Source: an uncultured Clostridia bacterium (GTDB taxonomy: Bacteria > Bacillota > Clostridia > TANB77 > CAG-465). From it: DNA of 64,000 nucleotides. The DNA is taken from the NCBI GenBank assembly GCA_947626975.1, contig CANQUF010000001.1, positions 22,980 through 86,979 on the forward strand, read 5' to 3'. Below the pieces are notes generated by a model. The model saw nothing but the letters and a program-made list of their open reading frames with translations, did not search any database and had not been told where the DNA came from. A program made the translations under genes and the position numbers. Positions 10,367-18,702 of this stretch are shown here, one piece after another. How positions within the stretch are numbered: the stretch's first letter is position 1; every line of letters starts with the position of its first letter.

Positions 10367-10732
10367 TTATACTATTTTTAAATTCATTATAACAATACCA
10401 ACTATTATAATACTTGCTCCTATTATTGAAGTTTTACTAATTTTTTCCTTAAATAACAAATTAGCAGATATCAAAGTTAATATTTGTACTATACCAGTAA
10501 CTATTGGCATTATATAACTCAAATCAAACATTACAACAAGTCTTGTAAATAACAAAAAACTACATAAATAACTTAAGAAGCCTAATGCACTAATAGGACT
10601 CATTGATAAACTTATATCTTTTTTATTTAGTTTGATTTTACCGGGATTTCCACCTTTTTTCATTAAAATAAGTCCTAAAAGTGTTAATATAAGGTAAACT
10701 ATTATCATTAAATATTTCATTTTTTCCCCCAA
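10367..10732 (-). CDS. small 4-TM EamA/SMR-like transporter subunit (ArnE/ArnF-like), paralog
   Basis: Clear paralog of the 9976..10365 product, sharing FDLSYIMPI and LLFKEKI. The two genes are separated by 1 nt. Confidence 0.5.
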   Translation of the reverse strand: MGEKMKYLMIIVYLILTLLGLILMKKGGNPGKIKLNKKDISLSMSPISALGFLSYLCSFLLFTRLVVMFDLSYIMPIVTGIVQILTLISANLLFKEKISKTSIIGASIIIVGIVIMNLKIV

Positions 10733-10735
10733 AAT

Positions 10736-11518
10736 CTATTTCTTTTTATTTAATTTATACACTAAATATATGATTATAATTATTAGAATTCCAACAATTC
10801 CAATAAACACTCTAATATCAATAGTTTTTCTACTTTTATCAGTATTCATATTTGAATCCTCTTGTGATGTTTCAACTACATCACTAATTGCTTTATCTAT
10901 TGTATCTTTTTTTAAATTTAGTGTATATTCTTTTGCGGTACTTCCATCTTCAGAATTTACTTTTATTTTTATAACATTATTACCATCTTTTAAATTTTCA
11001 TTTCCAGATATTTCTACAGTAGCTCCTTCTTGTCTTGGAGCAGCGAAAATTGAAACATTATTTATCTTATTTGGTACACTACCTAAATCATAGTTTAAGG
11101 TTTCAGGTACAAATGGTGGCACTAACTCTAAGTTTTCAACAATTAAAGTTTGCAAATATGAATCTGATTTATCTTTATCTGATGCTTTAGTTACAGTTAT
11201 AGTATAAACATTTTCTTTACCATTTTTATCAGTTACTTCAATTAATACTGTATTATCACCAGATTTTAAATTATCATTTCCTGATACTTTCACTGTAGAA
11301 TCAGTAGAACTTGCTACTGCATTTACATCAATAGAATTTATAGTATCTTTTACAAACAAAGAATAACTTGTTTGCGATGGAGTGAAATTTGGGGATAAAC
11401 CTTCTTGGTTTACCTCCAATTTCATTAATTCAGTATTTGTAGCTGCCATACATACACAAATGTTAGTAAGAAAAAAAACACTAAAAAAGAACACAATTTT
11501 CTTAAAATATTTTGACAT
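10736..11518 (-). CDS. surface protein with two cadherin-like beta-sandwich domains, C-terminal TM anchor
   Basis: Signal peptide, two cadherin-like beta-sandwich repeats (LMKLEVNQEGLSPNF...YTITVTK and LQTLIVENLELVPPF...YTLNLKK), and a C-terminal TM ending in KKK. It is a shorter paralog of the 1784..3130 product. Confidence 0.6.
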   Translation of the reverse strand: MSKYFKKIVFFFSVFFLTNICVCMAATNTELMKLEVNQEGLSPNFTPSQTSYSLFVKDTINSIDVNAVASSTDSTVKVSGNDNLKSGDNTVLIEVTDKNGKENVYTITVTKASDKDKSDSYLQTLIVENLELVPPFVPETLNYDLGSVPNKINNVSIFAAPRQEGATVEISGNENLKDGNNVIKIKVNSEDGSTAKEYTLNLKKDTIDKAISDVVETSQEDSNMNTDKSRKTIDIRVFIGIVGILIIIIIYLVYKLNKKK

Positions 11519-11531
11519 ATTTTCCTCCTAT

Positions 11532-14500
11532 CTATTTTACTAATATATATATCATAGATTTAATATTATTATTTTCATCTTTTATAAATAATGTTGCATC
11601 TCCTGAACCTTTTGGAGTTATTATTCCATTCTCATCAACTGTAAACACTGAAGTATTATTTGTTTCATAATGTACATTAATATATTTACTATCAGCTAAA
11701 TTTATGAAGTCTGATACTTTATATGTATTTTCTAAACTTAAAGTTCTATGATCAGTATATTCTACATTCAATTTTAGTTGAGCATATACAAGATTTGAAC
11801 TATCATTAGAAACTACAGTTATAATTGTTTCACCTAAGCTTTTTGCGACTATATTTCCATCTGAATTTACATCAGCAATATTGCTATCTGCTACTTTAAA
11901 AGTTACATCCTTATATTTTGCATTATCAGGCAAAATTTTATAATTTATTTTACATGAATCACCAGATTTTAAGGTAAGTTCTTTTTTATCTAATACAATT
12001 TCTGTTACTTTTACATAATCTATAACTTTTATATAAACCATTGCTAAATTATTGCCATTAATATCTTGCACAAATACAGTGGCATCTCCTTTTCCAGTTG
12101 GTGTTAATTTCCCATCTTGTGATATCTTAGCTACAGATTCATTATTTATTTTTAATATCGCATCAGAATATTTCTTATTATTAACATCTAATACATTCCA
12201 AATTGACTTAGGAGTTACCATATCTGTTTCAATAGAAGCAGTATATTGCAAGTTAACATTACATGTTACATCATTAAAAGTTTTATCCTCTGAAGAAATA
12301 ATTATTTTAGAATTTCCTAAAAATTTAGCATATATATTTCCATCATCATCAATTGTAAATAGATCTTCATTTGCACTTTTATATTTTAATTTTTTATACT
12401 TAGCATTATCAGGAACTACAGTAGCATCTAATTTGTCACTTTCACCTACTTTTACATTAAATTCATCTTTATTTAATTCTATTTTTTCTACTTTAATATA
12501 TTCCTTTACATTTACATATATCATACTCTTAGTATTACCTGATGAATCAATTATAAATAGCGTACAATCTCCTAATGAACTATTGACTGTTACTAATTTA
12601 TTTTTATTATCAATAGATAAAAGAGTATTATTATTTGTACTAAGAGTACAATTTCCATATTTTTCTGTATCAAAGAAATATGAAAAAGATAATTTATCTT
12701 CAAAATATACTGTTTTACTGTCAGTATATCCAACTTTAATATAACATAATTCAATAATATTTCCATTTTTATCTTCTACAAATACACTTGCATCTCCTAA
12801 AAATTTTCCTGTTACATTTCCTGAACTATCTACATTAATTACATCATTATTGTTAGTATAATATTTTATGCCAATTTTATCAATATTTATTTTCTCTCCT
12901 ACTTTTATTGATTTTGAATCCGTATAGTGTACTCCCACATAGTATATTCCAATTAAATTACCATTTTTATCTTCTACAAATACACTTGCATCTCCTAAAA
13001 ATTTTCCTGTTACATTTCCTGAATTATCTACATTAATTACACTATTATTATTTGTATAATATCTTGTACCAATTTTACCAATATTTATTGTCTCTCCTAC
13101 CTTTATTGATTTTGAATTTGTATAGTGTACTCCCACATAGTATAGCCCAATTAAATTACCATTTCCATCTTCTACAAATACACTTGCATCTCCTAAAAAT
13201 TTTCCTGTTATATTTCCTGAACTATCTATATTAATTACACTATTATTGTTAGTATAATATTTTATTCCAGTTTTACCAATATTTATTGTCTCTCCTACTT
13301 TTATTGATTTTGAATCTGTATAGTGTACTCCCACATAGTATAGCCCAATTAAATTACCATTTCCATCTTCTACAAATACACTTGCATCTCCTAAAAATTT
13401 CCCTGTTATATTTCCTAAATTATCTAAATTAATTACACTATTATTGTTGGTATAATATTTTTTACCATTACCATCAATATGTATCTTTTCTCCTATTTTT
13501 AATGAAAATTGATCTGTGTATTTTACTGCAACATAAAACATAGCTAATCTTCTTCCATCTAATGAATCTATAAATACAGTAGCGTCTCCTAAGAATTTTC
13601 CCTTTACATTTCCTTTTGAATCCACATATAAAACTTCATTATTATTAGTATATATCTTACAATTTCCATATTTTTCTAAATCTATATTAATAGTTTCGCC
13701 AACTTTAACAGAAAAAGAATCTGTATATCCAACTGCAACATAGCAAGTATCTTGTATTGATAAATCATCATCACTCATTGCAAATACAGTTGCATCTCCT
13801 ATATTTCTTCCTGTTACAATACCATTTTTATCTACTGTTACAACATCAGAGTTGTTTGTAGTATATATAACATCTTTAAATCTTGCATTATTTGGAGATA
13901 TTGTCGCATTAAGTTGTTCACTTTGTCCAGATTTTATTTTTATTTTTTCTTTATTTAATGTCAGTCCTGTTACTCTTGTATATCCAGTATATTCCTTAAC
14001 ATAGCTAGAGAAAACATAACCTTCAGTTCCATCACTTAGTTTTACCTTATCCCATTGAATATTTATACCTTTTTTTATTCTAGTCATTATTGTTCTATTC
14101 TCTTGGCCTTCAAAATCTTCTATAATTTTTGTAACTACTGCAGAATTAGAATTTGGTTCAGCTCTGATTATAAAGGTATCTTTTACTCCAAAATCAGATG
14201 TATCATCAAGATATACTTTTGTATGATCATCTTCAAATTTTGCTTCTTCACCAACTTGAACCGGTGTAGGAGTCATATTATTAAATACAGGTATATGAAA
14301 TACAAATGATGAATCTAACATGTTACATGCCTTATATGAAGAATATATTCGACTTGATTCACTAGACGGAGCTAATATATTAGTCATATATTGCATCCAA
14401 TACAAAGATTGACCTCCTGTAATATCATTTACATCCCACTTTTCAAAATATACTGTATCTTGTCCCCATTTTACATAATCGTTATATATCTTTTTAGCAG

Positions 14501-15296
14501 CTCCTTCAATTGATGATGATGGATGTGTCCAACCTTCATCACGAGCTCGTAAAAGTGCATTAACAACTATAGATCTACCACCTGCTGTATTAGCTCCAAT
14601 ATTGAAAAAGTTATATAAGCCTTCATATCCAGGATATGACCCATTTATGCAATTATTATTTATTATGTCACCACTATTTTCTTGCCTTATTCTTGATGCT
14701 AAATGTACAGGGCTAACATTATATTTTTTACCATTTTCAGTTATTATATCAGAATATGACTTTTTTCCCGTTTCTCCATCAAGAAATAGCCAATTACCAT
14801 TATTTTTATATCTAACTCCGTAATATGAGTCACCCATAGGAGTTCCGTATAAAACTTTTTTTACCACATCTGATGTATCTACATTATTATTACTTGTTAC
14901 TGCAAATTGGAATATTTTTTCCTCATTTAAAAAATTTCTTGGATCTAAGCAATAACCAACTGCAGATTCTGAAGCATTAACCCATCCAGGTTCTATATTT
15001 TCTTCACTCTTTTTCCATTCTGATGAATAACTAGATGGTACCAAACTTCTTCTGTCAACAGTTTCATTATCTACTGTATTTTGCCAATCTAAATCAGTAT
15101 ATACAGCAACAAACTTCCAGTTGGGATGAATACTATGCAAATTTTGCAAATAAGTTTGATAGCTTTCAGGAAAAGCATTAATTCCTTCTACATATTGAGA
15201 TTTTGCATAAATAACATTTTTACCTAAAAATATTATAGCGATGAATATAAATAGTTTTATTATATTAATTTTACATTTTTTTATTTTATTTATCAT
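11532..15296 (-). CDS. secreted multidomain glycan/peptidoglycan hydrolase (GH73-like region, SH3b, many Big_2-like repeats)
   Basis: The N-terminal ~430 aa are paralogous to the 839-aa protein. The SH3b-like segment is GYVFSSY. After that come about eight ~65-aa Big_2-like repeats, the central four nearly identical, and further Big_2 domains to the C-terminus. Confidence 0.55.
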   Translation of the reverse strand: MINKIKKCKINIIKLFIFIAIIFLGKNVIYAKSQYVEGINAFPESYQTYLQNLHSIHPNWKFVAVYTDLDWQNTVDNETVDRRSLVPSSYSSEWKKSEENIEPGWVNASESAVGYCLDPRNFLNEEKIFQFAVTSNNNVDTSDVVKKVLYGTPMGDSYYGVRYKNNGNWLFLDGETGKKSYSDIITENGKKYNVSPVHLASRIRQENSGDIINNNCINGSYPGYEGLYNFFNIGANTAGGRSIVVNALLRARDEGWTHPSSSIEGAAKKIYNDYVKWGQDTVYFEKWDVNDITGGQSLYWMQYMTNILAPSSESSRIYSSYKACNMLDSSFVFHIPVFNNMTPTPVQVGEEAKFEDDHTKVYLDDTSDFGVKDTFIIRAEPNSNSAVVTKIIEDFEGQENRTIMTRIKKGINIQWDKVKLSDGTEGYVFSSYVKEYTGYTRVTGLTLNKEKIKIKSGQSEQLNATISPNNARFKDVIYTTNNSDVVTVDKNGIVTGRNIGDATVFAMSDDDLSIQDTCYVAVGYTDSFSVKVGETINIDLEKYGNCKIYTNNNEVLYVDSKGNVKGKFLGDATVFIDSLDGRRLAMFYVAVKYTDQFSLKIGEKIHIDGNGKKYYTNNNSVINLDNLGNITGKFLGDASVFVEDGNGNLIGLYYVGVHYTDSKSIKVGETINIGKTGIKYYTNNNSVINIDSSGNITGKFLGDASVFVEDGNGNLIGLYYVGVHYTNSKSIKVGETINIGKIGTRYYTNNNSVINVDNSGNVTGKFLGDASVFVEDKNGNLIGIYYVGVHYTDSKSIKVGEKINIDKIGIKYYTNNNDVINVDSSGNVTGKFLGDASVFVEDKNGNIIELCYIKVGYTDSKTVYFEDKLSFSYFFDTEKYGNCTLSTNNNTLLSIDNKNKLVTVNSSLGDCTLFIIDSSGNTKSMIYVNVKEYIKVEKIELNKDEFNVKVGESDKLDATVVPDNAKYKKLKYKSANEDLFTIDDDGNIYAKFLGNSKIIISSEDKTFNDVTCNVNLQYTASIETDMVTPKSIWNVLDVNNKKYSDAILKINNESVAKISQDGKLTPTGKGDATVFVQDINGNNLAMVYIKVIDYVKVTEIVLDKKELTLKSGDSCKINYKILPDNAKYKDVTFKVADSNIADVNSDGNIVAKSLGETIITVVSNDSSNLVYAQLKLNVEYTDHRTLSLENTYKVSDFINLADSKYINVHYETNNTSVFTVDENGIITPKGSGDATLFIKDENNNIKSMIYILVK
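12600..13750 (-). repeat. tandem ~195-bp intragenic repeats (encode ~65-aa Big_2-like units), core copies near-identical
   Basis: The DNA unit '...atcttctacaaatacacttgcatctcctaaaaattttcctgtta[ct]atttcctga...' recurs at about 12.78, 12.97, 13.17 and 13.36 kb with only a few mismatches. More diverged copies flank the core. Confidence 0.7.
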
Positions 15297-15408
15297 ATAT
15301 TACACTCCTATTTACATATAATTTACTAACATAAATTTTATATACCTAAAATAATTAATATAGTAAATAAAAAATACATAACTAATGGTAATATTTTTTA
15401 TATCCATA

Positions 15409-17577
15409 CTAATACGAAACCTTAAAAATCAATAAACCATATTCATCATAAAGTTTTTCAAATTTTATATTATCATTATTATATTTTTCTAAATTTTTGC
15501 TAGATAAAACATATTTAACATTAATATCGTCTAATTTGTCAGGATTAATATTTATCTTTATAGAATCAGGATATAATAATTCTAAATTTGTATCAATATC
15601 ATCAATATTGACACTTACATGTGCATATCTATTATAGATTTTTCTTATTTCTTCTTTTTGACTATCCTCACCTAATAAAGTTTTATATAATTCATAATTA
15701 GGATAATAATTTGTAGAATTTATTACTCTTGCACCATTTGCAACAACGTAATTTGGAACTGTAAAATTTAAATTATCAACTAGCCATAAGGCGTCTTTAT
15801 TTTCATTTACAATTTTTTGTATTTCTAAAGATACAGGTTTGTTATATATTACATTTATTCCTTTTATGATAGGATTTACTATAGCACCAGATAATATTGC
15901 AACAGACGATAGTATTACCATAAAATATTTCTTATATTTTGGTTTATTTAAATTAAACATAAGATAAAACAAAATAAATACTATTGTGCCTGATATAAAA
16001 CCTGAAACTGGTCCTAAATAATTAGATGGTCCATACTTAACAGCAAAAATTAAACATATAGTTGCAAAAACTCCAGAGAGTATAAAGCTAACTTTTTCTT
16101 TTAATAATTTGGTATCATCTTTAAAATTATTAATTAAATATATAATTAACAATATTTGTATATATCCTAAAGCTATTGCTGCCCTATGTGAAGGTATCAT
16201 ATATAATAATGTTATCTTTGCAAATATTTTATTAGTAGGGATAAAACACCATATAGAAAGTAAGATACTAACTAGTAATAACGGTATTAAAAAACTTAAT
16301 ATCTTTTTAAAATCTTTGCTTTTTCTTTTTCTATATAAATAGAGTAAAGCAATAATAATCGGCATAGGATATAAAGATAGCATATTTGAATTTTCACAAG
16401 GGTTTATCATGTCCTTAAGCGGTACAAAAATCGAATATACATATGAAAACATGTTATCTTGAGAATTTCCACCAATTTCAAATCTCTCTCCTGGATAGTC
16501 AGCATTAAGCGTTGCTGTAATAGCCTCATTTGAGATGATAAAAAATCTAGCAACGATTAAAACAACTAAAATGATTGTTATAATTATAGATAATACATCA
16601 ATTTTATTAATATGAAAATCTTTTCTATTTTTTAAAATAATCCATATTAGAATTGCAAGATAAACATATGCAAATGAAATCATCCATGCTGGATATAGTA
16701 TAAATATATAACAAATAGCACAAAATCCCACACCTAATATGTATAGACTTCTAAAATACCATTTTTTTTCAAGCATAAATTTATCTATTAAAACTAGCGC
16801 CAATTGTCCAAATATTAGTATATCTACTATAAAATTAGAATACCACCATTGCACAGCTGGAGAAAAAGTTATTACAAGCATTCCGAATAATGATACAAGC
16901 TTGTTTTTCTTAGTAAGTAACATACAAAATTCAAATGATATTAACATTAATGCTACTAATCTACCATACCACCAAAAAGATAATCCTACTTCATTACCAA
17001 ATAGAAGATACCCGATATTAAAAGGTTTCCCTATAATTAGAATATCTTTAACAGGAGCATTTATTACTGTAAACATGTCTGTTTTTGTTCCTCTAATATT
17101 CATATTAAAATATGGATAATTTTCATTTTCTTGTAAATTTTGAGAAAATATTAAAGGAGAATTTACGGCCCATTCATCTGAACGTATTGTCCTTGCTTTT
17201 CCTAAAATAGGAGTATACGTACTATCATTAGCCTCACTTTGTACAAAAAAATTATATGATGTAATTGATGAGCCTGAATATTTCATTATCATAGCAAAAA
17301 AAAGGAATAATAAAGCTAAAATAAATCTTTTTTTATATATCCACTGATACATATCATTAAGCCTAAAAATTAAATGTAATCCGGTAAATAATATAACTCC
17401 TGCAATTATAATAATTCTGTCTATACTAAAAGCTCCACTTTTTTTATAAATCACAAAAAACTCCATAAGAAAAGATAGTAATACGGCAACTAAAAACAAT
17501 ATAATTATTTTGATAAGTTTAAAATTATCTTTATTAAAAAAATTCAAAACTTTATTTCTTATCTTCTTTTTTGTCAT
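15409..17577 (-). CDS. polytopic membrane protein, candidate GT-C glycosyltransferase / oligosaccharyltransferase (YfhO- or WsaB-like)
   Basis: At least 12 predicted TM helices over ~520 aa, followed by a ~200-aa soluble C-terminal domain. The genomic context is GT2 plus a small membrane protein. No motif-level assignment was possible. Confidence 0.4.
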   Translation of the reverse strand: MTKKKIRNKVLNFFNKDNFKLIKIIILFLVAVLLSFLMEFFVIYKKSGAFSIDRIIIIAGVILFTGLHLIFRLNDMYQWIYKKRFILALLFLFFAMIMKYSGSSITSYNFFVQSEANDSTYTPILGKARTIRSDEWAVNSPLIFSQNLQENENYPYFNMNIRGTKTDMFTVINAPVKDILIIGKPFNIGYLLFGNEVGLSFWWYGRLVALMLISFEFCMLLTKKNKLVSLFGMLVITFSPAVQWWYSNFIVDILIFGQLALVLIDKFMLEKKWYFRSLYILGVGFCAICYIFILYPAWMISFAYVYLAILIWIILKNRKDFHINKIDVLSIIITIILVVLIVARFFIISNEAITATLNADYPGERFEIGGNSQDNMFSYVYSIFVPLKDMINPCENSNMLSLYPMPIIIALLYLYRKRKSKDFKKILSFLIPLLLVSILLSIWCFIPTNKIFAKITLLYMIPSHRAAIALGYIQILLIIYLINNFKDDTKLLKEKVSFILSGVFATICLIFAVKYGPSNYLGPVSGFISGTIVFILFYLMFNLNKPKYKKYFMVILSSVAILSGAIVNPIIKGINVIYNKPVSLEIQKIVNENKDALWLVDNLNFTVPNYVVANGARVINSTNYYPNYELYKTLLGEDSQKEEIRKIYNRYAHVSVNIDDIDTNLELLYPDSIKININPDKLDDINVKYVLSSKNLEKYNNDNIKFEKLYDEYGLLIFKVSY

Positions 17578-17929
17578 TTATAGTCTCCTCCAAAGCTAAA
17601 ATTTTCGCCTTCAAAATAGAAATTTCTTGTATTAATAATATAGTTCTATTTGCTTGCTTAGTTAATATCATAGTAAGTGAAAAAATCAAACCAAATGCAA
17701 TAAAAATAGTTAAACAAAATATCATATTTGAGGTTTGCTCAAATCCTAATAAATTAGATATTAATTCTATAAAATTAGGTATTAATATAGCCACCATTAA
17801 CAATATTCCTGTTATAATCCAAAAAATAGCAATAGAAGATTGCATTTTCCTTTTTTTTACTGAACTTATAATTAGATATAAATATATCACTGTTATAATT
17901 ATTAAAGCTACTCTAAGTGTAATAGACAT
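17552..17929 (-). CDS. small membrane protein, DUF2304-like (GT2-associated)
   Basis: Three TM helices plus a C-terminal amphipathic/coiled segment (LIQEISILKAKILALEE). The pattern (R-KGK-x-LxxSxxxIWI...LLGxE-P-N-LF) matches the DUF2304 family, which usually neighbours a Dpm1-like GT2. Confidence 0.45.
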   Translation of the reverse strand: MSITLRVALIIITVIYLYLIISSVKKRKMQSSIAIFWIITGILLMVAILIPNFIELISNLLGFEQTSNMIFCLTIFIAFGLIFSLTMILTKQANRTILLIQEISILKAKILALEETINDKKEDKK

Positions 17930-17930
17930 A

Positions 17931-18671
17931 TTATTCCTCCTTATATTTTCTTCTTTTCTTAAATCTCATACTATCAATAATAATAGAAATAGAAACCTTA
18001 ATCATGTAATCTATACTTTTTAAAAAATTAATAGAAGATTTTCCATTTTCTCTTTCGTTCATTGATACAGGAACTTCTTTAATATTATAACCTTCTTTAA
18101 TAACATTAACAAGTGATTCAGGTTCAGGATAATCAGTTGGATAGTCTAAAGTAAATAATTTAATAATTTCTTTATTAACTGCTCTAAATCCAGAGGTAGG
18201 ATCAGTTATCTTTTTACTAGTACATATTTTAATAATTATAGATATAATGTTTTTTCCTAGCCTTCTCATAAAAGTAGATTTAAATTTACTAGATTCATTA
18301 TCTAAATACCTAGAACCAATACATATATCTACATTTTCATTAATTAATGGTTTACAAATATCATTTACATAATTTATATCATGTTGCCCATCACCATCAA
18401 ATTGAATTGCAATGTCATAATTATTTTGATATGCATAATGATATCCTGTTTGAACAGCACCACCAATTCCTAGATTACTTATTAGATTAATTACATTCAT
18501 ACTATACTTTTTACAAATTTCTAACGTATTATCAGTAGAAGCATCATTTATTATTATATAATCTAATTTTACTTTGCTTTCTTTTTTATTAAATTCTTTA
18601 ATTTTTTTATATACACTTAAAATGTTTTTAGATTCATTATAAGCAGGTATAATCAATAATATTTTTTTCAT
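17931..18671 (-). CDS. glycosyltransferase family 2 (Dpm1/GtrB-like polyprenyl-phosphate sugar synthase, soluble form)
   Basis: IPAYNE N-terminus, INDASTDNT and a DGDGQHD (DxD) motif. Stop/start abuts the DUF2304-like gene. Confidence 0.7.
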   Translation of the reverse strand: MKKILLIIPAYNESKNILSVYKKIKEFNKKESKVKLDYIIINDASTDNTLEICKKYSMNVINLISNLGIGGAVQTGYHYAYQNNYDIAIQFDGDGQHDINYVNDICKPLINENVDICIGSRYLDNESSKFKSTFMRRLGKNIISIIIKICTSKKITDPTSGFRAVNKEIIKLFTLDYPTDYPEPESLVNVIKEGYNIKEVPVSMNERENGKSSINFLKSIDYMIKVSISIIIDSMRFKKRRKYKEE

Positions 18672-18702
18672 AATTCTATAAATCCTTTTACATATAATTC
18701 AA

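Noticed and set aside
12052-12744. 230-aa plus-strand ORF, and many similar 60-150-aa ORFs antisense to the large minus-strand genes (for example 1788..2081, 3428..3805, 3989..4357, 10770..11093, 16739..17119, 17571..18023, 22405..22698, 36055..36366, 37939..38271, 45366..46169, 53230..53565, 55223..55519, 62191..62682)
   Set aside because: Each lies entirely inside, and antisense to, a long ORF with strong family motifs. The translations are low-complexity (L/F/S/I-rich), as expected for antisense reading of AT-rich coding DNA, and they have no RBS.
17552-17929. GtrA-family flippase call for the 125-aa membrane protein
   Set aside because: The sequence lacks GtrA-like four-helix features and instead matches the DUF2304 pattern (three TM plus an amphipathic tail). 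It is kept as DUF2304-like with moderate confidence.
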